64,000 nt of DNA from Fidelibacterota bacterium (GCA_017656425.1 JACDNV010000007.1:67821-131820), one strand, 5' to 3'; shown: positions 37,018-47,621, numbered from the stretch's first letter. The notes: generated from the sequence alone by a model not told the origin. Translations and numbers: made by a program.

Positions 37018-39588
37018 ATGGCAAAAAAGAGAAGAGTATACGAGGTAGCAAAGGAATTAAACATATCTCATAAAGAGATAATGGATTATCTTGAGTCTAT
37101 AGGGGTAGAATGCCAGTCTCATATGTCTCCCATAGATGATGATACGTATTTTAAAATTTTGAAGAGGTTTGCTAAGGAGAAGTCACTGGTTGAGGAGTTA
37201 GAAAAAGAACGGGAACGTAAAGAGGCAGAAATAAAACGAAAAATTGAGGAGGAGCTCAGGAAACAGGCTGAGAGGGAGAGAGAACAGATTGAAAAAGAAG
37301 TTTTTGAGATGGCATTACCAATATTTAACAATGCTATAATTGATGTTTATGCAGTAGGAGAAAACGTAACAAAAGCTCTTGTATCCGAGGTAATAGAGGA
37401 ACAGGAACGTTTTGAAGTTATCCCAGAGAAAGAGAAGGGAGAAATTGAGGAAGAATTTAAGGAGATTTTGAAATCAAAATTTAAGAGGGTGAAAGAAAGA
37501 GAGGAACTTGAACAAGAAGGAAGTGAAATTATAAATATAGATTTAGATAAAGAAAAGATCAGATTAAGGAAAGAAAAACAAAAGAAGAAAGAAAAAAAGA
37601 CAATCAGAAGGATAATTACGCGCGAAGAGTTAGAAGAAAAGCTGGGGCTTCACGGGAAGGATTTTGAAGAGGAAACACGAATAAAGGGTGGTCGAAAAAG
37701 AAAACGTGAAGAGATAGATGAAAAGAAGGTTGAGGATCTGATCCGACGTACAAAAGCTAAAATGGTTTCAAAGAGTACAAAGAAGAAATACAGGAAGCAG
37801 ACAGAAGAGGGTGAAATAGTAGAAGAGAAAGAGAAAATTAAAGTAATGGAGTTTACTACTGTGGAGAATCTTGCGAATCTTATGGATGTTGAGCCCAGTG
37901 ATGTCATTCAGAAATGTATAGAAATGGGATTATTTGTAACTATTAATCAACGACTTGATTTTGAAACTATATCCCTAATAGCGGATGAATTTGGATATGA
38001 AGTTGAACAGGCTACAGAATACGACGAGGAAATTTTTAAAATTGAGGATACTGAAGAAGATAAGAAGAAAGCAACTCCAAGACCACCTGTAGTTGTTGTA
38101 ATGGGTCATGTTGATCATGGTAAAACCTCATTACTTGATTACATTAGGCGTTCAAATGTTGTAGCTGGAGAAGCGGGTGGTATTACACAACACATAGGTG
38201 CATACGAGGTAGAAATTGATAATAACAAAAAAATAACTTTCATAGATACGCCGGGTCATGAGGCATTTACAGAAATGAGGGCAAGAGGGGCCCAGGTAAC
38301 TGATATAGTTGTCCTTGTGGTTGCCGCCGATGATGGAGTAATGCCTCAGACAATTGAAGCTATAAACCATGCTAAGGCAGCAAATGTACCGATAGTTGTT
38401 GCTATAAATAAGATTGATAAGCCTAATGCCGATCCAGAGAGAGTAAAGAGGGAATTGTCAGAGCACGGGGTACTTGTTGAGGATTGGGGTGGTAATGTGC
38501 AGTGTGCTGAAATTTCGGCAAAAACGGGTAAGGGAATAGATGAACTACTTGAAAAAATACTACTTGAAGCTGAATTATTGGATTTGAAAGCAAATGCGAA
38601 TACTTTAGCAAGAGGGACAGTAATTGAAGCAAAACTTGATAGAAGACATGGTCCAGTAGCAACTATACTTATTCGTAAAGGTACTTTGCGAATAGGTGAG
38701 CCTTTTGTATGTGGTGCAACTTCAGGTAAGGTGAGACTCTTACTCGATGAGAGGGGAAATAGAAAAACAGATGCAAAACCATCAGATCCCGTTCAGGTAG
38801 TCGGATTTGATAGCCTGCCTCAGGCTGCGGACATTTTCGCTGTTGTAAATGATGAAAAAGAAGCAAGAAGAATAGCTTTTGAAAGACAGAGAGTTCTCAG
38901 AGAGCAGCAGCTGCGTAAGGCAACTGAATTAACCCTTGATAAACTTTCGCAGAAGATAGCTGAAGGAGAAGTAAAGCAATTGCCAGTTATAGTAAAGGCA
39001 GATGTGGATGGATCTCTTGAAGCTGTATGTCAGTCTCTACAGGATCTTGGCAATGAGGAGGTTAGTGTGAATATTATTCATAGAGCTGTAGGTCAAGTTT
39101 CAGATAATGATATCCTTCTGGCAAAGGCATCCCAGGCTATTATAATCACATTTAATTTAAGTCCAACAGCAAGAATAAGGGACCTCGCGAAACGTGAAAA
39201 TGTTGAAATCCGCTCTTATAATGTTATATATGAAATGATAGATGATGTAAAAGCTGCCCTTGGAGGAATGCTGAAGCCAGAGAAAGTGGAAGAGTCCCTT
39301 GGCGTAGTGGAAGTGAGACAGATATTTAAAGTACCAAAAGTAGGTTTGGTGGCTGGATGCTATGTAACCAGTGGGAAAGTCGTTAGAAATGCTCATGCCA
39401 GAATTAAGAGAAACGGGGAAGTAATATTTGACGGTTTTATTGAATCTTTGAAACGATTCAAAGATGATGTAAGAGAAGTTCATGAAGGGTTTGAATGCGG
39501 TATATCTCTCGCTGGATTTGACGACTATAAAGAAGGTGATGAAATTGAAGTTTATGATGTTAAATCGGTGAAAAGAACTTTAGAATAG
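37018..39588 (+). CDS. infB: translation initiation factor IF-2
   Basis: K/E-rich N-terminal region, then the G domain GHVDHGKTSLLD, DTPGHEAF, NKID, and C-terminal IF-2 domains. Confidence 0.97.
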   Translation: MAKKRRVYEVAKELNISHKEIMDYLESIGVECQSHMSPIDDDTYFKILKRFAKEKSLVEELEKERERKEAEIKRKIEEELRKQAEREREQIEKEVFEMALPIFNNAIIDVYAVGENVTKALVSEVIEEQERFEVIPEKEKGEIEEEFKEILKSKFKRVKEREELEQEGSEIINIDLDKEKIRLRKEKQKKKEKKTIRRIITREELEEKLGLHGKDFEEETRIKGGRKRKREEIDEKKVEDLIRRTKAKMVSKSTKKKYRKQTEEGEIVEEKEKIKVMEFTTVENLANLMDVEPSDVIQKCIEMGLFVTINQRLDFETISLIADEFGYEVEQATEYDEEIFKIEDTEEDKKKATPRPPVVVVMGHVDHGKTSLLDYIRRSNVVAGEAGGITQHIGAYEVEIDNNKKITFIDTPGHEAFTEMRARGAQVTDIVVLVVAADDGVMPQTIEAINHAKAANVPIVVAINKIDKPNADPERVKRELSEHGVLVEDWGGNVQCAEISAKTGKGIDELLEKILLEAELLDLKANANTLARGTVIEAKLDRRHGPVATILIRKGTLRIGEPFVCGATSGKVRLLLDERGNRKTDAKPSDPVQVVGFDSLPQAADIFAVVNDEKEARRIAFERQRVLREQQLRKATELTLDKLSQKIAEGEVKQLPVIVKADVDGSLEAVCQSLQDLGNEEVSVNIIHRAVGQVSDNDILLAKASQAIIITFNLSPTARIRDLAKRENVEIRSYNVIYEMIDDVKAALGGMLKPEKVEESLGVVEVRQIFKVPKVGLVAGCYVTSGKVVRNAHARIKRNGEVIFDGFIESLKRFKDDVREVHEGFECGISLAGFDDYKEGDEIEVYDVKSVKRTLE

Positions 39589-39591
39589 GAT

Positions 39592-39873
39592 ATGACGATT
39601 GGATATTTGCAGCTTGATCTATATTTACCGGGAGTAAATTCTATAAAGCATAAGAGATCTGTAGTGAGTAGTATAAAAAATAGGTTGAGGAACAAATATA
39701 ATATTGCCATAGCAGAAATGAATGCAAACAGTCACTGGAGTAGAGTAAGCCTTGGAATCACCACGCTAAGTGATAGTTATAATATTGTCAATAATATATT
39801 AAATGATGTTGAACGTTATATAGAAGCAAATTTTGAAGTTTCTATTATTAACAGAAACATAGAGTTTTTATAA
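39592..39873 (+). CDS. DUF503 (YlxP-like) protein
   Basis: 93 aa. It begins L.L.LYLPGVNSIKHKRSVV..IKNRLRNKYN.A.AE, and lies between infB and rbfA as in many bacteria. Confidence 0.8.
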   Translation: MTIGYLQLDLYLPGVNSIKHKRSVVSSIKNRLRNKYNIAIAEMNANSHWSRVSLGITTLSDSYNIVNNILNDVERYIEANFEVSIINRNIEFL

Positions 39874-39874
39874 T

Positions 39875-40243
39875 ATGTCATTTTCGAGGGTAAAAAGAGT
39901 TTCTGACGAATTACAGAAGATATTAAGTGAGATTATTGTTGTTGATGATCCATTTGATTTGGGTACGATGGTAACAATATCAAAGGTTGAACTATCCAAA
40001 GATTTTAAACAGGCAAAGGTGTATATCAGCATATATGACGAGAATTCTGCTAAAAGGGACGAAGTTATTAACAAGTTACGTGAAAAAGCAGGTAAGATAA
40101 GGTATGAACTCGGTAGAAAAGTGAGATTAAAATATATACCTAGGTTAATATTTTATGAAGATGAAACATTGCAATATGTTGAGCGGATTGAGAATATAAT
40201 TAAGGAGCTAAAATATTCGGACAATGAAGATGGAAATGAATAA
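39875..40243 (+). CDS. rbfA: ribosome-binding factor A
   Basis: RVKRVSDELQKILSEII N-terminus, VTISKVELSKDFKQAKVY, and conserved synteny. Confidence 0.92.
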   Translation: MSFSRVKRVSDELQKILSEIIVVDDPFDLGTMVTISKVELSKDFKQAKVYISIYDENSAKRDEVINKLREKAGKIRYELGRKVRLKYIPRLIFYEDETLQYVERIENIIKELKYSDNEDGNE

Positions 40244-40907
40244 CACAATATTGAATATATATAAACCAGTTGGTATCACATCTTTCGATGTTGTTAGAAT
40301 TATACGCAGAGCTACTGGCATAAAGAAGGTAGGACATGGTGGTACGCTGGATCCCTTTGCCGAGGGTGTTCTCTTGATAATGACCGGAAATAAGACAAAG
40401 AAAATGCAGGAAATTCTAATGTATAATAAAGTTTATGAAGCTATTTTAAAATTAGGTCAATCCACCGAAACAGGTGATCCAACGGGAAGAATAATTGGTA
40501 GATGTGATATTCCAGAAATTGAGGTTAATTTGTTGGAGGAAGTACAGAAAAAATTTACTGGTAAGATTTTGCAAGAACCCCCAATTTATTCTGCAAAAAA
40601 AATTAATGGTATTCCAGCCTATAAATATGCTAGAAGGGGAGAAAAGATAAAGCTCGAAACTAAGGAAGTAAACATTTTAGATTTATCCCTACGGAAGATT
40701 AGTCATGATAAAATTAGTATATACGTTGAATGTGGATCTGGAACCTATATAAGAAAACTTGGTGAGGATATTGCTAGGGAGCTTGGTACATGTGGTTATC
40801 TCGTCAATCTAAAAAGGTTACGAGTGGGACCTTATAAAATAGAAGATTCAATAAAAATAGATAGATTTTTAAAATTAATAGAGGTTGATACTAAAAAGAG
40901 AGTTTAA
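40224..40907 (+). CDS. truB: tRNA pseudouridine(55) synthase
   Basis: NIYKPVGITSFDVV, catalytic GHGGTLDPFAEG, and PPIYSAKKING. The start may be an internal Met (40230 or 40236). Confidence 0.93.
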   Translation: MKMEMNNTILNIYKPVGITSFDVVRIIRRATGIKKVGHGGTLDPFAEGVLLIMTGNKTKKMQEILMYNKVYEAILKLGQSTETGDPTGRIIGRCDIPEIEVNLLEEVQKKFTGKILQEPPIYSAKKINGIPAYKYARRGEKIKLETKEVNILDLSLRKISHDKISIYVECGSGTYIRKLGEDIARELGTCGYLVNLKRLRVGPYKIEDSIKIDRFLKLIEVDTKKRV

Positions 40908-40908
40908 A

Positions 40909-41883
40909 ATGCAGGTATTCTTTGGACTGAACACATTTCCAAAACATTATGCAAGCTCTGTTGCTACAATTGGTGTGTTTGATGGTCTGCATAGAGCACA
41001 TATGGAAATTATAAGAAATGTAGTTCAAAGAGCGAAAGAGTTAAATACTCATCCGATATTGATTAACTTTGAGCCTCATCCCAAAGTTATAAAAGGGGAA
41101 ATGGAATCTATAGGCGGAATATTGACTTCACCTAAGGAAAAAATGAAAATTCTGAAAAATTCTGGATTGGAGGCTATACTGTTTTTAAATACCGACAGAG
41201 AATTACTCGACATTGCCCCTGAGGACTTTGTAAAAACCATACTAGTGGGGCACATAAGAGTTAAGGAATTAATAGTTGGTTTTGATTACAGGTTTGGGAA
41301 AGATAGAAGCGGCGATATCTATGATTTAAAGAAATTCGGGAAAAAATTTGGGTTTAATGTTAATATAATTAATCCTATAAAGGATAGCAATTTTATGATT
41401 AAGTCTTCCAGAATAAGAGAACATTTACTTAAAGGAAATATAAAAGAGGCGAACAGATTACTCGGAAGGTATTACGGGATAACTGGTTTTGTGGTAAGAG
41501 GTGAAGGTAGGGGAAGAGAGTTAGGATATCCAACTGCCAATCTGCGGCTAACATATAAACATAAACTTGTTCCTAAATCAGGTACGTACCTGACTTTATC
41601 TCACTTTAAGGGATTTTATAGGTATGGTTTATGCAATATAGGTTATAGACCTACTTTTGAAGGGACAGAGCTTTCTATAGAGGTGTATATTTTCGAGCCC
41701 ATAGAAGGTGAATTGTACGGAACAGAGATGGAGGTATTTTTCATTGAAAGAATGAGGGATGAGAAAAAATTCAGCTCTGTTGAGGAATTGAAAAAACAAA
41801 TAGAAAAAGATAGGATGGAGGGTCTAAAATTAATTGAATCCATAAAGGAAGAAAGGGAGGTGGAGTTAGATGTCATTAACTAA
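40909..41883 (+). CDS. ribF: bifunctional riboflavin kinase / FAD synthetase
   Basis: IGVFDGLHRAH (FMN adenylyltransferase) and GRELGYPTANL plus EVFFIERMRDEKKF (riboflavin kinase). The ATG at 40909 directly follows the truB stop. Confidence 0.93.
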   Translation: MQVFFGLNTFPKHYASSVATIGVFDGLHRAHMEIIRNVVQRAKELNTHPILINFEPHPKVIKGEMESIGGILTSPKEKMKILKNSGLEAILFLNTDRELLDIAPEDFVKTILVGHIRVKELIVGFDYRFGKDRSGDIYDLKKFGKKFGFNVNIINPIKDSNFMIKSSRIREHLLKGNIKEANRLLGRYYGITGFVVRGEGRGRELGYPTANLRLTYKHKLVPKSGTYLTLSHFKGFYRYGLCNIGYRPTFEGTELSIEVYIFEPIEGELYGTEMEVFFIERMRDEKKFSSVEELKKQIEKDRMEGLKLIESIKEEREVELDVIN

Positions 41884-42139
41884 GGAAGTGAAAAGAGAAT
41901 TAGTTGAGAAATTTGGTAGTAATCCCTCGGATACAGGAAGAACGGAAGTACAGATTGCAATTCTAACGAAGCGAATACAGAGACTAACGGAGCATTTTAA
42001 AAAGAATAAGAAAGATTTTGGTTCTATTAGGGGGTTGTATAAGCTGGTTGGTAGAAGAAAAAGGCTATTGGAATATCTTAAGAGGAAGGATATTAAAAGA
42101 TATGAAAATATAGTAAATGAATTAAATCTTAGGAAATAA
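41870..42139 (+). CDS. rpsO: 30S ribosomal protein S15
   Basis: 89 aa. It has G.....DTGRTEVQIAILT.RI..LTEHFK..KKD..S.RGL..LVG.R..LL.YL, with GGAGG upstream. Confidence 0.97.
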   Translation: MSLTKEVKRELVEKFGSNPSDTGRTEVQIAILTKRIQRLTEHFKKNKKDFGSIRGLYKLVGRRKRLLEYLKRKDIKRYENIVNELNLRK

Positions 42140-42148
42140 GGAGGAATC

Positions 42149-44326
42149 TTGTTGATTCAAAAGAAAACAATATTTTCTGGGAGGGAGTTGATTTTAGAGT
42201 CTGGCAGAATGGCAAAACAGGCAAACGGGTCTGTTGTTGTAAGATATGGAGACACGATGGTTCTTATTACCGCCACATCAAATTTTTTTAGCAGTCCGAA
42301 TCAGGATTTTTTCCCATTACAAGTTGATTATATTGATAAAGCCTATGCTGCTGGTCGCATACCCGGTGGTTTTTTTAAAAGGGAAGGTAAACCTTCAGAA
42401 AAGGAGATATTAAGTGCCAGGTTGATAGATAGATCAATTAGACCGTTATTCCCCGATGGTTTTTTATCTGAAACTCAAATAATTGTTAATGTAATATCAA
42501 GTGATCAAAAAAACCCTGGAGATATACTTGGGATTCTTGGAGCCTCTGCTGCATTATCAATATCTAACATTCCTTTTAATGGTCCAATAGCCGGTGTAAG
42601 AGTTGGACGCATAGACAATCGATTTGTTTTGAATCCTACACTTCAGGAGCTGGAGCAGAGTCAGATGGATATTGTTGTAGCAGGGAGTGAAAATTCAGTC
42701 ATAATGGTAGAAGGCGAAGCAAAGGAAATTCCTGAGGATATATTCATATCTGCTATTGAATTTGCCCAAGAAGGAATAAGGGAATTAATTAGATTTCAAA
42801 ATGAATTTAGTAATTCCTTTAACGTTGATAAATATTCTTTTGAACCCAGAGTACCATCAGAAGAGTTTGTAAATCTGGTAACTGAGAAGGTGTTACCTCA
42901 TTTAAATGAATGGAGAGAGAAAGCAAAAATATCTAAAAAATTAAGATCGGATAGTATAAATCAATTTATAGCTAAACTTACAGATGAACTCGCTGATCAG
43001 TTCCCTGAGGATGTAGTATTTGTTCAAACTATTGTTGAAGATATTGTGAAAAAAGATATGCGAAAACTGATTTCTGAGAAGACGATTAGACTTGACGGAA
43101 GGGGACTAAGTGACATTCGACCGATTACATGTGAGGTAGGTGTTTTACCAAGAGCTCACGGATCAAGCCTTTTTACCAGAGGAGAGACTCAAAGTCTATG
43201 TAGTGTGACTCTTGGGACGAAATTTGATGAGCAAATAATTGATGATATAGATAAAGAAATTGCTACAAAAAGGTATATGCTACATTACAATTTTCCTCCT
43301 TTCTGTGTTGGTGAAGTCAGACCCTTAAGAGGTCCTGCAAGAAGGGAAATAGGACATGGGAATCTTGCTGAAAGGGCATTGAAATTCCAGATACCTTCTG
43401 AGGAAGAGTTTCCATACACAATCAGAGTTGTATCTGACATACTGGAATCCAATGGAAGCTCATCTATGGCTACGGTGTGTGCTGGTTCTATGGCATTAAT
43501 GGATGCGGGTGTACCCATTAAGAAGACAGTGGCTGGTATCGCAATGGGGCTTGTGAAAGAAAATGATGAATATTTCATTCTTTCTGATATAATAGGTGCT
43601 GAGGATCATTATGGTGATATGGATTTTAAGGTTGCTGGCACAAGGGAAGGAATTACTGCTATACAGATGGACTTAAAAATTGAAGGAATATCTCATGATA
43701 TTATGAAAAAAATTCTTCATCAGGCCAAGATAGGAAGATTGAGTATAATTGATATAATGGAGCAGACAATAAGTGCTCCAAGAAGTTCAATTTCTCCTTA
43801 TGCACCGAAAATTACTACTCTAAAAATAGATACAACATTAATTGGAGAGGCAATTGGACCTGGTGGTAAAAACGTTAAACATATTTTTTCGACTACGGGA
43901 GCAACAATTGAAATTGCCGATGATGGGACTGCGTTTATAAGTGGACCGACAATGGAAGCTATTGAACAAGCAAAGAAAATGTTATCCGAATCTGTAGTAA
44001 AACCTGTAGAAGGAGAAAAATATAAGGGAGTGGTGAAAAGAATAGAAAAATATGGCGCTTTTGTAGAGTTTTTGCCAGGCAAAGAAGGGTTATTACACAT
44101 TTCTGAAATTGACCATAAGAGGATACCTGATATAAGTAAAATTTTAAAAGTAGGTGACGTAATTGAGGTTAAGTTAAAGAAGATAAATGGTCTGGGTAGA
44201 TATGAATTGACAAGGAAGGAACTTATACCAGCGCCGGATAACCACCATCCTATGGGAAAGAGATTTCCTCATTCAGAGAATAGAAGAAAATTTAATTCCG
44301 ACAAAAAAAGATTTCATAGAGAATAG
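42149..44326 (+). CDS. pnp: polyribonucleotide nucleotidyltransferase (PNPase)
   Basis: TTG start after AAGGAGG. Two RNase PH domains (RPLFP, SDILESNGSSSMATVC), then KH (IGPGGKNVK) and S1 (G.V..I..YGAFVEF.PGKEGLLHISE). Confidence 0.97.
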   Translation: MLIQKKTIFSGRELILESGRMAKQANGSVVVRYGDTMVLITATSNFFSSPNQDFFPLQVDYIDKAYAAGRIPGGFFKREGKPSEKEILSARLIDRSIRPLFPDGFLSETQIIVNVISSDQKNPGDILGILGASAALSISNIPFNGPIAGVRVGRIDNRFVLNPTLQELEQSQMDIVVAGSENSVIMVEGEAKEIPEDIFISAIEFAQEGIRELIRFQNEFSNSFNVDKYSFEPRVPSEEFVNLVTEKVLPHLNEWREKAKISKKLRSDSINQFIAKLTDELADQFPEDVVFVQTIVEDIVKKDMRKLISEKTIRLDGRGLSDIRPITCEVGVLPRAHGSSLFTRGETQSLCSVTLGTKFDEQIIDDIDKEIATKRYMLHYNFPPFCVGEVRPLRGPARREIGHGNLAERALKFQIPSEEEFPYTIRVVSDILESNGSSSMATVCAGSMALMDAGVPIKKTVAGIAMGLVKENDEYFILSDIIGAEDHYGDMDFKVAGTREGITAIQMDLKIEGISHDIMKKILHQAKIGRLSIIDIMEQTISAPRSSISPYAPKITTLKIDTTLIGEAIGPGGKNVKHIFSTTGATIEIADDGTAFISGPTMEAIEQAKKMLSESVVKPVEGEKYKGVVKRIEKYGAFVEFLPGKEGLLHISEIDHKRIPDISKILKVGDVIEVKLKKINGLGRYELTRKELIPAPDNHHPMGKRFPHSENRRKFNSDKKRFHRE

Positions 44327-44334
44327 TAAAATAG

Positions 44335-45570
44335 ATGGTTTTCCCGGAAAATATTAAGCTAACGACCCTTGATAATGGTCTAAGGATTGTAACAGAAAAA
44401 GTAGATTATGTAAAGTCAGTATCCCTTGGAATATGGGTAAAAGCTGGATCGATATATGAGAATAAGGAAAATAATGGAATTTCCCACCTTATAGAACATT
44501 TATTATTTAAAGGTACAAAAAAGCGTTCTTCATTTCAAATTGCCTACGATGTAGAATCACTTGGTGGTGCTATTAATGCATTTACAACAAAGGATATAAC
44601 CTGTTATTATGTAAGAACAATTGATGAACATTTATCAAACATATTTGATGTTATAACTGACATTGTTAGAAATTATGACTTAAATGATGGAAAGCTTAAT
44701 TTTGAGAAAAAAGTTGTATATGAGGAGATAAAAGAATCAGAGGATGATCCATTTGAGTATCTTAATGATTGTTTTGGACTTTGTTTGTATCCTGATCATC
44801 CTTACGGTTTCCCAATACAGGGTACAATTGAAAGTGTTAAAAGAATCAGTCTGGAAGATGTGCAGGATTTCATAAGTAGATTTTATAGACCCGAAAACAT
44901 AGTTGTTTCTGCAGCTGGAAACTTGGATCATGATGAAGTATTAAAATTGTCTGAAAAATTAATATTTACTACTAAAAATATAAAAGATGAGTTTAAAATA
45001 CCATCATTAACTTATCCAAAGGAAAAGACTTATATTTTTAACAAAGACATAAAGCAGGCACACGTAATCCTAGGACGCAGGACATTTCCGATCTGGGATG
45101 ATCGAAGGTACGTGTTGAACCTATTTAATATCATGTTAAGTGGTGGGATGAGTTCAAGATTATTTCAAAATATAAGAGAAAAATACGGTTATGTCTATTC
45201 AATCAACTCTTTTATTGATTTTTTTGATAATCAGGGTGTTTTTGGCCTTTATGCTGGAGTTAATAGTAAAAAAATAGAGAGAGTTATAGACCTTATGTAT
45301 AATGAGATGGAGAAATTCATAAAGGGTGATTTGAAACACGATGAAATAAAGAAAGCAAAGGAGCAATTAAAGAGTTCGATAATTTTCTCCTTTGAGAGTA
45401 TGTCATCGAGGATGAATCGTTTGGCAAAAATGTTAATATACGAGAATAAAATATACTCTATTGATGATATAATTTCTAAAGTAGAGATAATAGATATCGA
45501 TGATATAGTAGAACTTTCCCGATTCCTGTATAATAAAAACGAAATGATTGAAGTAATTTTAAAAAGGTGA
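44335..45570 (+). CDS. M16 family (pitrilysin-like) zinc peptidase
   Basis: It has the HLIEHLLFKGT (HxxEH) motif and an inactive-like second half. Its position after pnp is common synteny. Confidence 0.88.
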   Translation: MVFPENIKLTTLDNGLRIVTEKVDYVKSVSLGIWVKAGSIYENKENNGISHLIEHLLFKGTKKRSSFQIAYDVESLGGAINAFTTKDITCYYVRTIDEHLSNIFDVITDIVRNYDLNDGKLNFEKKVVYEEIKESEDDPFEYLNDCFGLCLYPDHPYGFPIQGTIESVKRISLEDVQDFISRFYRPENIVVSAAGNLDHDEVLKLSEKLIFTTKNIKDEFKIPSLTYPKEKTYIFNKDIKQAHVILGRRTFPIWDDRRYVLNLFNIMLSGGMSSRLFQNIREKYGYVYSINSFIDFFDNQGVFGLYAGVNSKKIERVIDLMYNEMEKFIKGDLKHDEIKKAKEQLKSSIIFSFESMSSRMNRLAKMLIYENKIYSIDDIISKVEIIDIDDIVELSRFLYNKNEMIEVILKR

Positions 45571-45704
45571 AATAATACTAAATTTCTCTCTATTTAACCA
45601 TCCATTTCTAATTCATTTCTCTCAAACTTAATTAAATTAATTTTTGTATTGGTGAAATATAAAAATATTATAAATTGTAATTATGATAGTGTGAGGGTGA
45701 AGAA

Positions 45705-46856
45705 ATGTTAATAGGTGTACCAAAGGAGATTAAAAAGAGTGAAAATCGTGTTTCTTTAACACCAATGGGTGTGGAGGTTTTAGTCCAGGAAGGTCATAAG
45801 GTATTGGTTGAAAAAAATGCTGGATTAGGAAGTGGGTTTGCGGATAGAGAATATGAGAAAAACGGTGCCATAATTGTAGAGACTGCAAGAGAAATATTTG
45901 AAAAAGCGGAGATGATAGTAAAGGTAAAAGAACCGCAGAAAGAAGAACTAGAGATGATAAAACCAGGGCAGATTGTCTTTACATATTTTCATTTTGCAGC
46001 CTCTGAAGAGTTGACTGTGGGTTTTTTAAAAACGGGCTCAATTGCAGTAGCTTATGAGACACTGGAGCTAGAAGATGGTACTCTGCCTCTTTTAGTTCCG
46101 ATGAGCGAGGTGGCAGGAAGGATGGCGGTACAGGAGGGTGCGAAATATCTTGAAAAGGCTCAGGGTGGTAAAGGTATTCTTCTTGGCGGTGTACCTGGTG
46201 TGAAGCCAGCGGTCGTTACTATTATTGGGGGAGGTGTAGTTGGTACAAATGCAGCAAAGATGGCTGCGGGGCTTGGAGCAAATGTTTTTATACTCGACAT
46301 TAATCTTGATAGGTTAAGATATCTTGATGATGTCATGCCCAAAAATGTAACCACACTTTATTCTAATCCATATAATATAAGGAGCCTTTTGTCGGATACA
46401 GATCTTTTAATAGGTGCTGTTTTAATAGTTGGGGGTAAAGCACCGAAACTTGTAACTAGGGATATGTTAAAATTAATGAGAAAGGGGTCTGTAATTGTAG
46501 ACGTTGCAGTAGACCAGGGAGGATGCATAGAAACAACCAGACCAACTACTCATGATGATCCAGTATATGTTGTTGACGGTATACTACACTATTGTGTTGC
46601 TAATATGCCAGGTGCTGTTCCCTATACTTCGACGATTGCTTTAACTAATGCAACATTTCCCTACATTAAATTGCTGGCAAATAAAGGCATTATCAATGCT
46701 CTTAAAGAATCGCGTGAGCTACGTACGGCTTTAAATATTTATAGAAGTAAAATAACCCATCCTAATGTTGCAAAATCTTTTTATCTTGATTATATTGAAC
46801 CCGAGAAAGCAATTTTGGAGGATAACAATAGTAAATCGAGTATTAGTTTATCATAA
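45705..46856 (+). CDS. ald: alanine dehydrogenase
   Basis: MLIGVPKEIKKSENRVSLTP N-terminus, the NAD-binding motif IIGGGVVGTNAA, and MPGAVP.TST. Confidence 0.93.
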   Translation: MLIGVPKEIKKSENRVSLTPMGVEVLVQEGHKVLVEKNAGLGSGFADREYEKNGAIIVETAREIFEKAEMIVKVKEPQKEELEMIKPGQIVFTYFHFAASEELTVGFLKTGSIAVAYETLELEDGTLPLLVPMSEVAGRMAVQEGAKYLEKAQGGKGILLGGVPGVKPAVVTIIGGGVVGTNAAKMAAGLGANVFILDINLDRLRYLDDVMPKNVTTLYSNPYNIRSLLSDTDLLIGAVLIVGGKAPKLVTRDMLKLMRKGSVIVDVAVDQGGCIETTRPTTHDDPVYVVDGILHYCVANMPGAVPYTSTIALTNATFPYIKLLANKGIINALKESRELRTALNIYRSKITHPNVAKSFYLDYIEPEKAILEDNNSKSSISLS

Positions 46857-47583
46857 AATAGATTATATAAGAGAAATCGGTTTTAACAACATAAAGCCAG
46901 AGCAATTTCGTTTCCAGATAAAAATGTTAAAAGAGAGGGGATATATATTTAAAAATATCTCTCAACTGAATGATGACGGTGAAATATCTATTAACTTTGA
47001 CGATTCATACCAGTGTATTTATAGAAATGCTTTCCCTATATTACAGGAAATGAATATCCCAGCTACTTTTTTTGTTATTACTGATTATATAGGTAGAAAA
47101 AATATGTGGGATGTAAAATTATCAAAAGACAGAGCAAAACATTTAGACGATTTGCAAATAAAGGAATTAATAAGATACGGATGGGAATTAGGTTCACATA
47201 CAAGAAGCCATCGTTGTTTGACATTACTCGCACGAGATGAACTGATTAAAGAAATAAAATTGTCTAAGGAGGAATTGGAGAATCGATTTGGTGTTAAAGT
47301 AAGGTCTTTATCTGTACCTTTTGGTAGATTAAACCAGAGGGTTATAGAACTTGCTCTGGAGTTTGGTTATGAGAAAATTTGCGGATTTTTCCCTTTTAAA
47401 TACTATTTCAACGGAGTTAATAAATTCATTGTTCCAAGGATAGCAGTATATTCAGTAGATAATATAGGAAATATTGTAAATAAAATCTCCAGTGATCGGA
47501 AGAGATTGTTTTTTGAAGTTTTAAAGCAGAATGTTATAAATTTCTGTGCAAATGGAACTATTTTAACGAAATCAATTAGCTAA
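46765..47583 (+). CDS. polysaccharide deacetylase (NodB-homology) family protein
   Basis: LVYHKI, INFDDSY (Asp-Asp region) and GSHTRSH (His-His) motifs. The true start is uncertain: the listed ATG overlaps ald by 92 nt, and in-frame TTG codons at 46786 and 46795 are alternatives. Confidence 0.75.
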   Translation: MLQNLFILIILNPRKQFWRITIVNRVLVYHKIDYIREIGFNNIKPEQFRFQIKMLKERGYIFKNISQLNDDGEISINFDDSYQCIYRNAFPILQEMNIPATFFVITDYIGRKNMWDVKLSKDRAKHLDDLQIKELIRYGWELGSHTRSHRCLTLLARDELIKEIKLSKEELENRFGVKVRSLSVPFGRLNQRVIELALEFGYEKICGFFPFKYYFNGVNKFIVPRIAVYSVDNIGNIVNKISSDRKRLFFEVLKQNVINFCANGTILTKSIS

Positions 47584-47592
47584 TGAAAATAC

Positions 47593-47621
47593 TTGACAGA
47601 ACGGTTAATTATGGCTATAAT
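47593..47621 (+). promoter_or_regulatory. sigma70-consensus promoter (TTGACA-17 nt-TATAAT)
   Basis: -35 TTGACA at 47593-47598 and -10 TATAAT at 47616-47621 with an exact 17-nt spacer, 42 nt upstream of the ATG at 47664. Confidence 0.7.

Noticed and set aside
37150-37900. Repetitive K/E-rich stretch in infB as a DNA repeat element
   Set aside because: This is the low-complexity charged N-terminal region typical of IF-2. The reading frame is continuous and no discrete DNA repeat unit is evident.
46765-46856. The 92-nt overlap of ald and the polysaccharide deacetylase ORF as a frameshift or fusion
   Set aside because: Both proteins are complete in their own frames (the ald C-terminus is intact and the deacetylase conserved core begins at LVYHKI). 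The overlap most likely reflects an over-extended start call.
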